IMG/VR virus record: IMGVR_UViG_3300028832_002790
Coordinates: 25,207 to 89,206 of that record
Length of the DNA stretch: 64,000 nucleotides
Reading direction: 5' to 3' (one strand)
From: a virus
Lineage: Duplodnaviria > Caudoviricetes
The position numbers were made by a program, and so were the translations under genes. The notes under the pieces were generated by a model. It ran no database searches, was not told where the DNA came from, and worked only from the letters and a program-made list of their open reading frames with translations. Numbering within the stretch: position 1 is the stretch's first letter; every line of letters starts with the position of its first letter. Positions 44,165 through 53,893 of this stretch are shown here, in pieces.

Positions 44165-45558
44165 TTCTTCTGTACTCCAAACTGAGCCGGGTTCAAATCT
44201 ACGAACCACTTTATCTCTTTTCTTGCTGGATCTGCGTATGGTGTCTTATATAAGGTTATTATATCGTCGATCTTGTCGTCGATCCAGTACTTTTCCGCCT
44301 GACTACGATTGTACTTTACCTCTTCCTCGAACGTTTGCTCGTCCTTGGTGATGCTCTTGAGCAAATCTATCAGCTCAGGGCCAGCATCGAACAGATGCCT
44401 TGCCTCGGTATACGGCTCAAGGCGCTGCCCGGCAAATCCAAATCCCATATAGCACGACTCCTGCCACTTGATGCTCGACTTCGAGCGGTTGAACTCGTTG
44501 TCTGCGAGCGGAGCTATGACGCACTGTACGCCAAGATTGTTCAAAACCTGTGGATAAAGATACTGCGGTGCCCAGCGAATGTATGTCATCTCCCCATTCT
44601 CGATGAACGACCTGAACACATTCGGCTGTACGCCCATTATTACGAACTCGAAATCGTGGCGGGCCGAAATTATCGCGTCCACCACCCTCGTGTAGTCGCT
44701 TTCGGAGTAGATGTTTCTGTCATACTGGTTGACATGGGTAGCTCCTCCCGGAAGAAGAATTCTCGGACGATACTTGTGCTTGTCGAAATCCTTCATTCTC
44801 TTCTCCAAGTCGTAATATCCGTCGAACCAAGCCCTAGAGGCGAAGTTCGGAATCACGGAAATGTCGCAGGACTGGTGATACTTGCGATACACCTGACGCA
44901 TATAAGGCGAAACGACGAACATCTCGTCACAGATGTCGAGCATCTGGTGAAGGCTCTCCTGAACCTTGTCGTCGTTGAACGAATCCTTCGCCTCGTTGAA
45001 CTCCGGCAGCTTGTCCTTGCAGATAACATCGTCCACCTCGAAGATCATTCTGGTGTTTGTGTTCGTCTCGCGGAACATTTCCTTGATGTTTTTCCAATAC
45101 TCGGCCCTTCCCGGCCCGACCTGTCTCTGCAAACGGATCGCGTCGAACTTGACGGAAAGGAGATACTCCCTAGGAAGCCGAAGCCCGGTATTCAGAATAT
45201 ACCCCTTCTTGGAATAGTTCACGACATCCTCGATTTCGTGAAATCTCCACCATCCGCACCCGGCGTGGTCGGCCGCTATGTGCAAAGCCCTAAACTCGCT
45301 CTTGTCGGACTGGTCCGGCAGCGACGCCGTTCCGTGCGTGATCATAAACTCGATGCCGAACGGCTCCATCAGGGACGGACACGCGGCGTTGACCATCGGA
45401 GGAAGAACGATCGGGGAAATCAGCATTCGAACGCGGTCGCCAACGGGCTCCGGCGGAACCGGCGACTTTCCGTCCTTGGTGACGAAATTCTTCCTTGTCG
45501 TGTCGCCGGTCGACTTCTTCTGCTCTATAAAACGTCTATTCTTGTTTTTCTTGCTCAT
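44161..45558 (-). CDS. Glycosyltransferase (GT-B-like phage family), 465 aa
   Basis: ADHAGCGWWR, LQRQ, FEVDD, IAPLADNEFNRSKSSIKWQE. Confidence 0.75.
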   Translation of the reverse strand: MSKKNKNRRFIEQKKSTGDTTRKNFVTKDGKSPVPPEPVGDRVRMLISPIVLPPMVNAACPSLMEPFGIEFMITHGTASLPDQSDKSEFRALHIAADHAGCGWWRFHEIEDVVNYSKKGYILNTGLRLPREYLLSVKFDAIRLQRQVGPGRAEYWKNIKEMFRETNTNTRMIFEVDDVICKDKLPEFNEAKDSFNDDKVQESLHQMLDICDEMFVVSPYMRQVYRKYHQSCDISVIPNFASRAWFDGYYDLEKRMKDFDKHKYRPRILLPGGATHVNQYDRNIYSESDYTRVVDAIISARHDFEFVIMGVQPNVFRSFIENGEMTYIRWAPQYLYPQVLNNLGVQCVIAPLADNEFNRSKSSIKWQESCYMGFGFAGQRLEPYTEARHLFDAGPELIDLLKSITKDEQTFEEEVKYNRSQAEKYWIDDKIDDIITLYKTPYADPARKEIKWFVDLNPAQFGVQKK

Positions 45559-45563
45559 ATCTC

Positions 45564-46283
45564 TTACCTAAACAATTTACTAATATACTCTTTCTTGAAA
45601 TACTCGTTGCCGTCATCGAAATCCTTCGTCCGGTTCGTCAATCCCGGAGAAGTATGCACGACGTGGATGGAATCGACATAGACCTCAAGCCCGGCCCAAT
45701 AGCACCTTAGAGAAAAAATCAAATCATAAAAATTGAACTTGCTGGGAGAATCCTCGTCGAATGTCACGCCAGCCGCCCTGATCCTATCCACGTCGACCGC
45801 CATAAAGCACCCATCGACGATTATGGCACGCTTCGCCTGCAACCCGAATCTTGTCGTTACGATCGGGGTAAGCAGATCGCCATTGACATTCTGCGAAACC
45901 TCGCCGGACAGTTCGTTGGGAACGGTCATCAGATGCCACAGACACGGTTTGTCCGGTCTGTTCATGATGCGCCTTCCTCCGGCTACCCCTACTAGCGCGG
46001 CCTTCGGAAAGTCCGTGAATCTCTTCTCCAGCTTGTCTTTGACGAACATATCATCTATGCACAGGTCGGAGTGCATGAGAATCAGTATCTTTCCAGTAAC
46101 TCTATCGCTATTCAGAATAGTATTGTATCCGGCGGCCAGCGAATCCTTGTTGTTTGTCTTACACATCCAGTTCTCCGGCTTCAAAATACCGAGCTCGATC
46201 ATCTTGAGGACGGAACGATGGGCAAGCGTGCCCTTGTAGTCGCTGTCAGGTGTGCTGAAGTATACAAAAAGCTCTTTACTCAT
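45564..46283 (-). CDS. Glycosyltransferase (GT-A, Glyco_tranf_2_5-like), 239 aa
   Basis: SLAAGYN, LMHSDL, VGVAG, VDGCFMAV, FNFYDLIFS. Confidence 0.8.
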   Translation of the reverse strand: MSKELFVYFSTPDSDYKGTLAHRSVLKMIELGILKPENWMCKTNNKDSLAAGYNTILNSDRVTGKILILMHSDLCIDDMFVKDKLEKRFTDFPKAALVGVAGGRRIMNRPDKPCLWHLMTVPNELSGEVSQNVNGDLLTPIVTTRFGLQAKRAIIVDGCFMAVDVDRIRAAGVTFDEDSPSKFNFYDLIFSLRCYWAGLEVYVDSIHVVHTSPGLTNRTKDFDDGNEYFKKEYISKLFR

Positions 46284-48462
46284 AACTTAATTTAGAAACT
46301 CCTCCGATCTTTTCAACCAGAATCTTGTGGCTGATGTTGGGATCGTCCTGCATCTCCTGCTTATGCGTAATAATAATGGAATTCTCCTTTTCTTCCGTAT
46401 ATCGCTTGCTCAGAATGCCCATCAGCTTGGAGCACGCTCCGGGGCTGAGAGCCGAATCGAGAATCTCGTCGTAGAACGAATGCGAGAACAGAACGTCTCC
46501 CCGCATCCTACGCAAATCGGAAAATGCGAGCAGGCAGGCTATGTCGACCCTGCGCTTCTCTCCGCCAGAAAGCGAATCATACGAGCACACGGCACCGGTC
46601 AACTGGTCAATGATCTTGTCTTCGAGATACTCGTCGAACTCAAGATGGACAGGCGCATCCAAACCGGCCAGATACTCGTTGATCTGGTTGTTGAGGGCGG
46701 AAATGTACTGCTTCACGATGTAGGAGCGGAAGCCGTCGTCGGATAGAACCTCCCTGACGCTGCGATAAACAGAGCACATATGCTCCGTGTCGTCCTTTTT
46801 CTTCCCCCACTCCTCGATCGTGGCCTTCGCCTCGTCAAGACGGGGCTTGAACGGGTTTCCGGCGTCTTTCATCGCCTTGACCTCCTTTGTAAAAGTCTCG
46901 ATGATGTCGGTCAACGAATCGATCTCCGCCTCAACGGACATGATGGCGGCCTTCGCTTCGCGCAACTTGGAAACCCTTTCGGTGGCGATCTCCATATCGG
47001 CCTTCTTGAAGGACTGGGCCGTGTCGTTGTCTTTCATCTTTTCTGCGTTGTCGACCACCTTTTCCCTGAGTGCAACGATTTTCTTCTCGTCCTCCGTCGT
47101 ATCGATGTCCTTGTACGACGAATACTGGTCATACATCATCTCGATCTTTCCGAGATGGGACAGCTTCTCCCTCGTTACGTCGATCAGTGCCTTGATCTCG
47201 ACCTTCTTGCTTTCAAGCAGACGGATCCTTTTGAGCTTCTCGTCGTTTTCGTTGCGGAGCTTCTGGATTTTCGCGTTCCTTTCGTTGATATCGGAATCCG
47301 AGAACGGTCTTCCGCACTCTAGGCAGATATCACCGAACTTCATCATCGAGTTGATGTTGCGGTTGTTCTGTGCTATGACCGCCTTCTCCGAACTGACGGC
47401 CTCGTCAATCGCGGAAACCTTCTTCTCCGAAGAGGAGATCTTGTCGGAAAGATTGTCTGCGTCGTTGTCCTCGATGAACTTGAGGAAATCGTCGATTCCA
47501 TACTCCTTCGCCTGCGCCACGATCTTGTCATAGAACTTCCTGTTCTCCTCGTTCCTCGACTTGGCCGAAGCGATGCGCGCCTTCAATTCGGTTCCCTCCT
47601 TGATGATGTTTGACTTGTCGAGCAGCAGGGACTCCCTCTCTGCCGAAAGCCTGTCGAGATCCTTCTGGATTCCCTTGAATTCTTCGGTGGCTTCGGTAAG
47701 CTCGCTTTCGTCGAACTGCATCAGCTTCTTCTCGGCTGCCGCCTTACGCTCTTGGAGCTCCTTGATCTTCTCAAGCTTCTCGACAATATTATTCTTCGTG
47801 TTCTCGTCGAACTCGGCCATTCCCTTCTCGAATGACTCGATCTGCTTCTTGATCTCGTCGATTCTCGTGGTAGCCTCCGTATTCTCGGCCACGTACTTGT
47901 CCGATTCGGCCTTCGCCATCTTGGCCATCTCCTTGATGAACCCTAGATCGAACACGCCCTCGATGAACTCGCGCTTCTCTGCCGCCTTCTGCCTTGCGAA
48001 CGGAACATTGTCCTCAAGCGTCATAAGACAGGTGTTCTTGAACATCACCGCGCTGGTTCCGATCACATCGCAAATGAACTTCGTAGTCTCCGGCATACCG
48101 GAAAGGGAGATGTCCTTTCCATCCTTGTAGAGATGGCAGAACGACGGCTTGACGCCGCGCTCCACCTTGTATTCCGTCACGGTTCCGTTCTCGTCGACGT
48201 CAAAGTCTAGGACGACGACGCACTTTCCGTTGGCGATGCGGTTGACAACCTCGTCGCGTTTCACGTTCTTGATCGGATCGCCGAACAGGGCGAACGAAAT
48301 CGCGGACAGCACGGTGCTCTTGCCGACGCCGTTGGAATCGTTCGCCTTATCGTGGTTCACGCCGAAGATTGCGGTTATCCCATCGGCGAAATCGACGCGC
48401 TGCGTCTTGCCGATGGAAAGGAAATTCGTGATTTCGATTGACTTGAACTGAACGTGCTTCAT
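46276..48462 (-). CDS. 46: Rad50/SbcC-like recombination ATPase (T4 gp46), 728 aa
   Basis: NFLSIG, NGVGKST, Zn-hook CLECG, LSGGEKRR, YDEILD, ITHK. Confidence 0.95.
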   Translation of the reverse strand: MKHVQFKSIEITNFLSIGKTQRVDFADGITAIFGVNHDKANDSNGVGKSTVLSAISFALFGDPIKNVKRDEVVNRIANGKCVVVLDFDVDENGTVTEYKVERGVKPSFCHLYKDGKDISLSGMPETTKFICDVIGTSAVMFKNTCLMTLEDNVPFARQKAAEKREFIEGVFDLGFIKEMAKMAKAESDKYVAENTEATTRIDEIKKQIESFEKGMAEFDENTKNNIVEKLEKIKELQERKAAAEKKLMQFDESELTEATEEFKGIQKDLDRLSAERESLLLDKSNIIKEGTELKARIASAKSRNEENRKFYDKIVAQAKEYGIDDFLKFIEDNDADNLSDKISSSEKKVSAIDEAVSSEKAVIAQNNRNINSMMKFGDICLECGRPFSDSDINERNAKIQKLRNENDEKLKRIRLLESKKVEIKALIDVTREKLSHLGKIEMMYDQYSSYKDIDTTEDEKKIVALREKVVDNAEKMKDNDTAQSFKKADMEIATERVSKLREAKAAIMSVEAEIDSLTDIIETFTKEVKAMKDAGNPFKPRLDEAKATIEEWGKKKDDTEHMCSVYRSVREVLSDDGFRSYIVKQYISALNNQINEYLAGLDAPVHLEFDEYLEDKIIDQLTGAVCSYDSLSGGEKRRVDIACLLAFSDLRRMRGDVLFSHSFYDEILDSALSPGACSKLMGILSKRYTEEKENSIIITHKQEMQDDPNISHKILVEKIGGVSKLSYE

Positions 48463-48464
48463 TC

Positions 48465-49535
48465 CTAGACCCTGTTGGTTTGGCTGTAAAGACCGAGAAC
48501 TATCTTTTTGATTTCTTCCGTGTCGTTCGGATACTTGGCGTCGATATAGGCCACGAGGGCGTCCTTCGGATCGAGCGTCGACGAAATGTCAACGTCGTCG
48601 AGCAGATCCTCTTCCTCGGGTGATGATGTCAGATCGCATGTGAACTCTCCGGGTGACAACTTGTTGACCATCTCGATGATCTTCTGCAAATCCTTCTGCT
48701 TCAACCCTGCGGAATCGTTCGATACAAGCTTCACGATATTGCCGTTCACTCTTTGCAGCTGTTCCTTGAACCTCTGCGCCTTCGCCTTGTCCGTTGCTAT
48801 GTCTGGATCGTACTCAAGGCGAACATGCTTCGGTGACGATTTGTTCTCGGCGAACAGAATCTCCTTTGTCGCCGTGTCGTAGAAGTAGATGCCCTTGGTT
48901 GACGCATAATCGCCCCAATCCAGCTCGTATGGGCTGCCGACATAGATGATGCGGTTTCCGCTGTCGTATCCACGGTCGCAACGAAGATGGAAGTGGCCGG
49001 AAAACACCAGCGGCGCAATTTCAAAAAGAGAATCGCTGGAGATTCCGTCCTCGCATACCTGAGTCGTCGTCATGTTGAACGACGTGATCTCGAAATGTCC
49101 GGCGATGAAATCGAATTTCTTTCCCTTGAACGGGGACAGGTCCGCGCCCCACGGAACCATCAGTCCGTTGGCACCGTCGATATTCATATCGAACGGCTCG
49201 TAGTGGACGGAAACATTGTCCCAGCCGGAAAGAAGGGCGAGCGAAGTGGCGTTCGTGTTGGCCTCGTAGTAGCAATCGTGGTTTCCGGGAATGACGTCAA
49301 CCTTCATCCCGTTGTCCCGAAGAACGGAGAAGAACTTTCTAGCCGTCTCGATGGCTATCGTTGAAACTTCCTTGCGGTTATGGAAGACGTCTCCAAGGAT
49401 GAGAAGAAGATCCGTGCCGTTGTCCTTCATCGACCTGACCAGAAACTCCACATAGTCCAGAGCCCACTGTAGATACTTGGGGTCTGACCTGTGGACGCCG
49501 ATGTGCAGATCGGATATGATTGCGTACTTTGCCAT
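48465..49535 (-). CDS. 47: Mre11/SbcD-like nuclease (T4 gp47), 356 aa
   Basis: SDLHIG, LGDVF, GNHD, GHFE, SGHFH, YVGSPY; start moved to ATG 49535. Confidence 0.95.
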   Translation of the reverse strand: MAKYAIISDLHIGVHRSDPKYLQWALDYVEFLVRSMKDNGTDLLLILGDVFHNRKEVSTIAIETARKFFSVLRDNGMKVDVIPGNHDCYYEANTNATSLALLSGWDNVSVHYEPFDMNIDGANGLMVPWGADLSPFKGKKFDFIAGHFEITSFNMTTTQVCEDGISSDSLFEIAPLVFSGHFHLRCDRGYDSGNRIIYVGSPYELDWGDYASTKGIYFYDTATKEILFAENKSSPKHVRLEYDPDIATDKAKAQRFKEQLQRVNGNIVKLVSNDSAGLKQKDLQKIIEMVNKLSPGEFTCDLTSSPEEEDLLDDVDISSTLDPKDALVAYIDAKYPNDTEEIKKIVLGLYSQTNRV

Positions 49536-49542
49536 GCCTGAT

Positions 49543-49571
49543 AACATACCAGAAAAACTATCCTATGTCAA
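49543..49571 (-). promoter_or_regulatory. sigma70-type promoter, 7 nt before the gp47 ATG
   Basis: TTGACA-N17(ending TGG)-TATGTT-N7-ATG; nearly the same sequence as the tRNA-Val promoter. Confidence 0.75.
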
Positions 49572-50293
49572 CTGTAATCTCCATAGGAATCGAAACTTTC
49601 GTTCGCCGCGTTTGCGTCTGCGGCAGTCTCCTTCAGGAGATCGTCGAAATGGGCCTCTCTGTACGAGTCCGTCTTCTCCCGCTCCTTGTGCTCTATTTTT
49701 ATTCTCTGCACCATGCTGTGGAAGGCGACCTGAGTAACATAAGAAAACGGATTATACCCCTTCGTGATGTCGAACTTCTTGTTGTATATGGCCTTGTACG
49801 CGCTGAAGAACGCATCGCCCGCCATCTCCTCCCTGTAGGTGTAGTTCACGAACCTAGATGACATCGACAGGCGGTCGCATATCCTGCGTATGTCCATGGC
49901 CAGCTCCTCCGACATAACATCCGTCTTGTAGTACTCGATGATCCGTTCGAGCATCTTCTGCGGTTCGACATAGTTTATCGTCTTGTTTTCCCGCCTTATG
50001 CGCTTTCGCTCCTCGGCCACCTTCTTCTTTCTCTCGGCCTCGGCCTCCTCCGCCTCCTGCTCGATGTCGAACTCGCTCGGTTCGTACTTTTCGTCTTCGT
50101 CGACCGGTTCCGCCAGCTTCTCGGCCAACATCATATCGACCGGCCCGACCTCCTTCTCAAGATCCACGTCGCCGTATTCGTCGATCGGGTCTTCTTCCTC
50201 CTCCGTGACGGTCTTCGCCGCCTCGTCCGCTATTTCCTTCTTGCTACGTCTCTTCCTTGATTTCTTTTTCTCGCATGTCGAATCCTTCTGCAT
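49568..50293 (-). CDS. 55: Late-transcription sigma factor (T4 gp55), 241 aa
   Basis: NYV, RFVNYTYREEMAGDA, FDITKGYNPFSYVTQVAFHSMVQRI. Confidence 0.92.
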   Translation of the reverse strand: MQKDSTCEKKKSRKRRSKKEIADEAAKTVTEEEEDPIDEYGDVDLEKEVGPVDMMLAEKLAEPVDEDEKYEPSEFDIEQEAEEAEAERKKKVAEERKRIRRENKTINYVEPQKMLERIIEYYKTDVMSEELAMDIRRICDRLSMSSRFVNYTYREEMAGDAFFSAYKAIYNKKFDITKGYNPFSYVTQVAFHSMVQRIKIEHKEREKTDSYREAHFDDLLKETAADANAANESFDSYGDYS

Positions 50294-51899
50294 TGTATAT
50301 TTTTTCCCTTAAGGCATGATGCTTCTCCGAATACTTCAAGCAATCATGCAAATCGAATATGAACGCCGTGGTCTTGTCGTCCTTCATTCTGACGCACCGG
50401 CCCACGGTCTGGACGAGCGAAACCTTCGCCTTGCATACGAAGGCGAATATCGCGCCGTATATGTTCTTGACGTTCACGCCGGTGCTGAACACCTTCGCTA
50501 TGGCGATGCACACAACATTGTCGTTGGCCTCCATTTCGGCCTTGATCCTGTCGCGCTCCTCCTCCGGCATCTCGCCCGATATGAACACGACATGTTTCGA
50601 TCCTGCGGAGCGTCGGTCTATCATGTCCCGCAGCATCTCGCCATGCTCAAGCCTGTCGACGATGATAAGTATGTTCTTCTTGAAGTTCACCGCTATCTTC
50701 GCTATGAGGTTGTTTCTCGTTTCGCTGTGATAGAGGAACTCCGCCTCCTGCTGGAAATCCTTCAGCTGATCCTGCACCCCGAACATCTGCGACGGATCGA
50801 GATAGTTCGGAGAATCCTTGTATCTGATCTTCAGAAACTGCACGCATACGCTGGCAATCGACTTGTTCTCCACCAGCTTGGCCCTTTCGACGACCTGACG
50901 GACGGGCCCCATCTTGCCGATGACGGTCCATTCGTCCATCTTCTCCTCCGGCAGAGTGCCGGTGTAGCCGAAAGTGTGGTTTGTCGTAATGAAGTCGGTG
51001 ATGTCGGTGATGACATTCCCGCGCTTCATCTGATGAACCTCGTCCACCATCAGGACGTCGACCTTCTTGAAATAGCGCATCACCTTCTTGTTGACATCGA
51101 GCTTGCTCTCGCATCTCCTCAGATCCCCGGCGGCTCCATCGAAAACCTCCTCCAGCTTCTTTTTGGTCTTATAGTCGAGTCCGGGTGCCCCGAGGGCAGT
51201 CTCGGCCCGCTTGACGGCGGTCTTCAGCTTCGGAATCTCCTTGGCGCAGTCGACGCAGTGGCTCGCCGCTATGACGTTTCCGGCCACGACGATTTTATTT
51301 TCCTCGAATCCAGTCTCGCCGGTCCACGGCGAAATGATGGACGGGTCGATCCCGTATGAAATGAAATCCTGAACAAACTGGCCGACGAGATGCGTGAGGG
51401 TGACGACGAAAATCCTGCTATTCGGCTGGTGTTTCAGGATGTTCGCAATCGTCGTCGCTATGAGAAGCGTCTTGCCGGACGAAGTTGGGAACACGAATGT
51501 GCCGGAACCGTACCGAAGGGCGTTTCGGACGCCATCCATCTGATAGTCGCGCAGCTTGAGGTTCAGCTCCTCGACCTTGTAGTTGTCGCCGAGATAGAAC
51601 GGAAACTTCGTGTCGATTCTGGAACGGAACTCCTGAGATCCCTCCATCGTGAACTGGATGCCTCTCCGCTTGAGAAGCGATATGATGCTTCCGACCAGCC
51701 CGATGTCGAACCTCCCCATCGGCGTGATTGCGTACTTCCTCGTCGGAAAATTTCTGCCGGAGAAGCGGCGCTTCGCCTTCATCGCCTTGTCCTCGACGGA
51801 GAACGTCTCGCGGATAAGGCCGAAAAGACGATTCCCACAGGAAATCGTCGCCTTGTTACGACCGACGTCGTAACCAAACCTTATCAGTTCTGCTGGCAT
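50244..51899 (-). CDS. uvsW: SF2 helicase UvsW, 551 aa
   Basis: LRDYQ, PTSSGKT, DEVH, GYTGT, STGVN, QTVGR; promoter TTGACT-N17-TATACT-N8-ATG (51908-51936). Confidence 0.93.
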   Translation of the reverse strand: MPAELIRFGYDVGRNKATISCGNRLFGLIRETFSVEDKAMKAKRRFSGRNFPTRKYAITPMGRFDIGLVGSIISLLKRRGIQFTMEGSQEFRSRIDTKFPFYLGDNYKVEELNLKLRDYQMDGVRNALRYGSGTFVFPTSSGKTLLIATTIANILKHQPNSRIFVVTLTHLVGQFVQDFISYGIDPSIISPWTGETGFEENKIVVAGNVIAASHCVDCAKEIPKLKTAVKRAETALGAPGLDYKTKKKLEEVFDGAAGDLRRCESKLDVNKKVMRYFKKVDVLMVDEVHQMKRGNVITDITDFITTNHTFGYTGTLPEEKMDEWTVIGKMGPVRQVVERAKLVENKSIASVCVQFLKIRYKDSPNYLDPSQMFGVQDQLKDFQQEAEFLYHSETRNNLIAKIAVNFKKNILIIVDRLEHGEMLRDMIDRRSAGSKHVVFISGEMPEEERDRIKAEMEANDNVVCIAIAKVFSTGVNVKNIYGAIFAFVCKAKVSLVQTVGRCVRMKDDKTTAFIFDLHDCLKYSEKHHALREKIYNAEGFDMREKEIKEET

Positions 51900-51945
51900 C
51901 GTCGAATAGTATACCACACAAGGTGTCGAAAGTCAATAGGCAAAA

Positions 51946-52473
51946 TCAAGAATTTTCCATTTTCATGTAGTCGACGATTGCGGAAACCTCGGTGTTCAAG
52001 AAATGAACGTGCTTGAGAATCTCCGAAAGATCGTCGTTGATTCGGTTCAGCAGAGCCAGTCTCTCCGTGAGGAGGACGATCTTCTTGCTTTCCGACTTTG
52101 AAGCGGCCTTCGCGGCGGCGATCTGTGTCATGGCGACGGGCGACGAATCGATTATCTTCTTCGTCTCCTTTTCCAATTCCATCTTCAGCTGCTTTTCCAC
52201 ATCTGCCGCCGTGTTTCTGTATTTGCAGTATCTCGAAACCCACTTCTGCTTGATGGCAGGAACTCGCATGACGACATCCCCGATGTTGGCGTATGTTATC
52301 GTGCAGTCCTTCCTGTACTCCTCGTGAAGAGACTCAAGGACGTCGCATAGAGGATAATTCTCCTGATGATAGAGCGACCGACGAAGGCTCTTGTCCTTCT
52401 TCGGCGCGTCCGGCTGGGCGTTCTCTATCGCCTTTTCGAGCTCGGATACTTCCTCCTCCAGTTCGTCCGACAT
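51946..52473 (-). CDS. uvsY: Recombination mediator UvsY-like protein, 175 aa
   Basis: Helical protein ending ...VSAIVDYMKME, adjacent to uvsW. Confidence 0.7.
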   Translation of the reverse strand: MSDELEEEVSELEKAIENAQPDAPKKDKSLRRSLYHQENYPLCDVLESLHEEYRKDCTITYANIGDVVMRVPAIKQKWVSRYCKYRNTAADVEKQLKMELEKETKKIIDSSPVAMTQIAAAKAASKSESKKIVLLTERLALLNRINDDLSEILKHVHFLNTEVSAIVDYMKMENS

Positions 52474-53121
52474 CTATTTCTCCTCCACTGCGACTATTTC
52501 GAAATCGTCGGGAAGATCCGCGAAAAACGCCTCCGCCTGATCGATGAAGATGTCCTTCGTGTCGTCCCTTGTGGCGAGCCAGTGCAGGACGGACAGGGCG
52601 AACTTTCGAATCTCCCACTGTGCGTGCCGATCTGCACGGAGCTGGAAGAAATGCCTCCATTCCCTGAAATTGGCCGTTGCAACGATCTTCGTCTCCGCCG
52701 CGTTCGGAAGAAGCATTCTGGCATCCTCCTTCTTGATTCCAAGATCGCACAACTTGTGGTAATTGTCCACGATTGTCGCCAGAGTTTCGCCGTAGATCTG
52801 CTTTGCCGTGTCGTTGGAAAGAATGGATTCCGGTACGATAAAGTGATCGATGTCGTCCCCGAACTTCACATATCTCTGGGATTCCTGAGTAAAGCTGAAA
52901 AGACGATGCCTGACGAACTGATGCGTGAACGCACGGCTGACATCGCTAACCGAAACCGTGAGCTTTGCGTGCTCTATCGGCGATTCGTGGCCAGACGCAA
53001 TCAATCCACGAAGAAACTTTCCTCTCGTCTCGGGATTCGACTTTGAATTGTAGCACGATCTTGCCGCATTATCGATCAAATCGCATGGATTCTTCGTAAT
53101 ATCCAAAACTTCTATCTTCAT
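52474..53121 (-). CDS. thyX: Flavin-dependent thymidylate synthase, 215 aa
   Basis: GHESPIEH, RHRLFSFTQESQRYV, EDARMLLP, AQWEIR. Confidence 0.97.
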   Translation of the reverse strand: MKIEVLDITKNPCDLIDNAARSCYNSKSNPETRGKFLRGLIASGHESPIEHAKLTVSVSDVSRAFTHQFVRHRLFSFTQESQRYVKFGDDIDHFIVPESILSNDTAKQIYGETLATIVDNYHKLCDLGIKKEDARMLLPNAAETKIVATANFREWRHFFQLRADRHAQWEIRKFALSVLHWLATRDDTKDIFIDQAEAFFADLPDDFEIVAVEEK

Positions 53122-53281
53122 AATCGGTTATTTTCCTGTCCTCGTCTGTAATTTCCGTACACGGGATCAATCTTATCAAAAAATACATCAAAATGCAAGT
53201 CAAAACTATGGTGATGAACGAAAGGATGCATCCAACCGCACACAAGATCCTGTCAAACATCGCTTTCTTCCTTGAATTCAT
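53069..53281 (-). CDS. Small single-TM protein, 70 aa
   Basis: Hydrophobic ILCAVG...YFLI segment. Confidence 0.5.
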   Translation of the reverse strand: MNSRKKAMFDRILCAVGCILSFITIVLTCILMYFLIRLIPCTEITDEDRKITDYEDRSFGYYEESMRFDR

Positions 53282-53561
53282 CCCAAAAAACGCACTTGTC
53301 GTCTTTTGTACTTATGAAAACGATCGCCCTTGTCAAGCCTGAAACACAAAAATGTAAGCAGGTCGAAAGATCGGCCGCCCTGTCTTTGCAGTGTTTGCAG
53401 TTTTTGCAGGATTTTCCGTTTTCTGCACTTTCAAGCTCGAAAACATCCATTACGTCGTTCATGAAATGAATCCTACCACGAATCCTCGAAATTTTCAAGC
53501 GAAATCTCGCGCGCTCGCGCATGAATTTTTTAGAATTTCTATCTCGAAGAAATTGATTCAC
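53253..53561 (-). CDS. Small Cys-motif protein, 102 aa
   Basis: CKNCKHC...C...C motif. Confidence 0.55.
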   Translation of the reverse strand: MNQFLRDRNSKKFMRERARFRLKISRIRGRIHFMNDVMDVFELESAENGKSCKNCKHCKDRAADLSTCLHFCVSGLTRAIVFISTKDDKCVFWDEFKEESDV

Positions 53562-53668
53562 CTCACGGTAACTAAATTTATAATATTCCTAGCTAAGCGA
53601 AGCTTAGCTTAAAAAGGGGGTTATAGGGGGGAATGACGAAAAATCGAAATCCAAGGGCGGCGGAAATT

Positions 53669-53893
53669 TTATTTCGACTTTTTCTTTTTCTTCTTTTTCG
53701 TAGATGCGCCGAGCGGGTGTCCGAATCTCGTTACCGGCATCCATCCGCCGAGCCCGAAGGCTATTCTGCTGTCCCCGCTGTTGTAGGTGTCGCCGGAGAA
53801 TTGAGTGGCTCCTCCGTCTCCGCCTTCCGCACCGCCGCAGACATCACCAGCGACGCATTCCATGTACATATCCAAAAATGTCTTTTCCTTCAT
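53669..53893 (-). CDS. Small Gly-rich protein with a poly-Lys tail, putative internal head protein, 74 aa
   Basis: MKEKTFLDMYME leader; TAAATA-N5-ATG. Confidence 0.6.
   Translation of the reverse strand: MKEKTFLDMYMECVAGDVCGGAEGGDGGATQFSGDTYNSGDSRIAFGLGGWMPVTRFGHPLGASTKKKKKKKSK

Noticed and set aside
28069-51899. Inteins or introns in gp41, gp43, UvsX, gp46 or UvsW
   Set aside because: Lengths and motif spacing are continuous, with no C/S...HN-C/S/T splice junctions or LAGLIDADG blocks.
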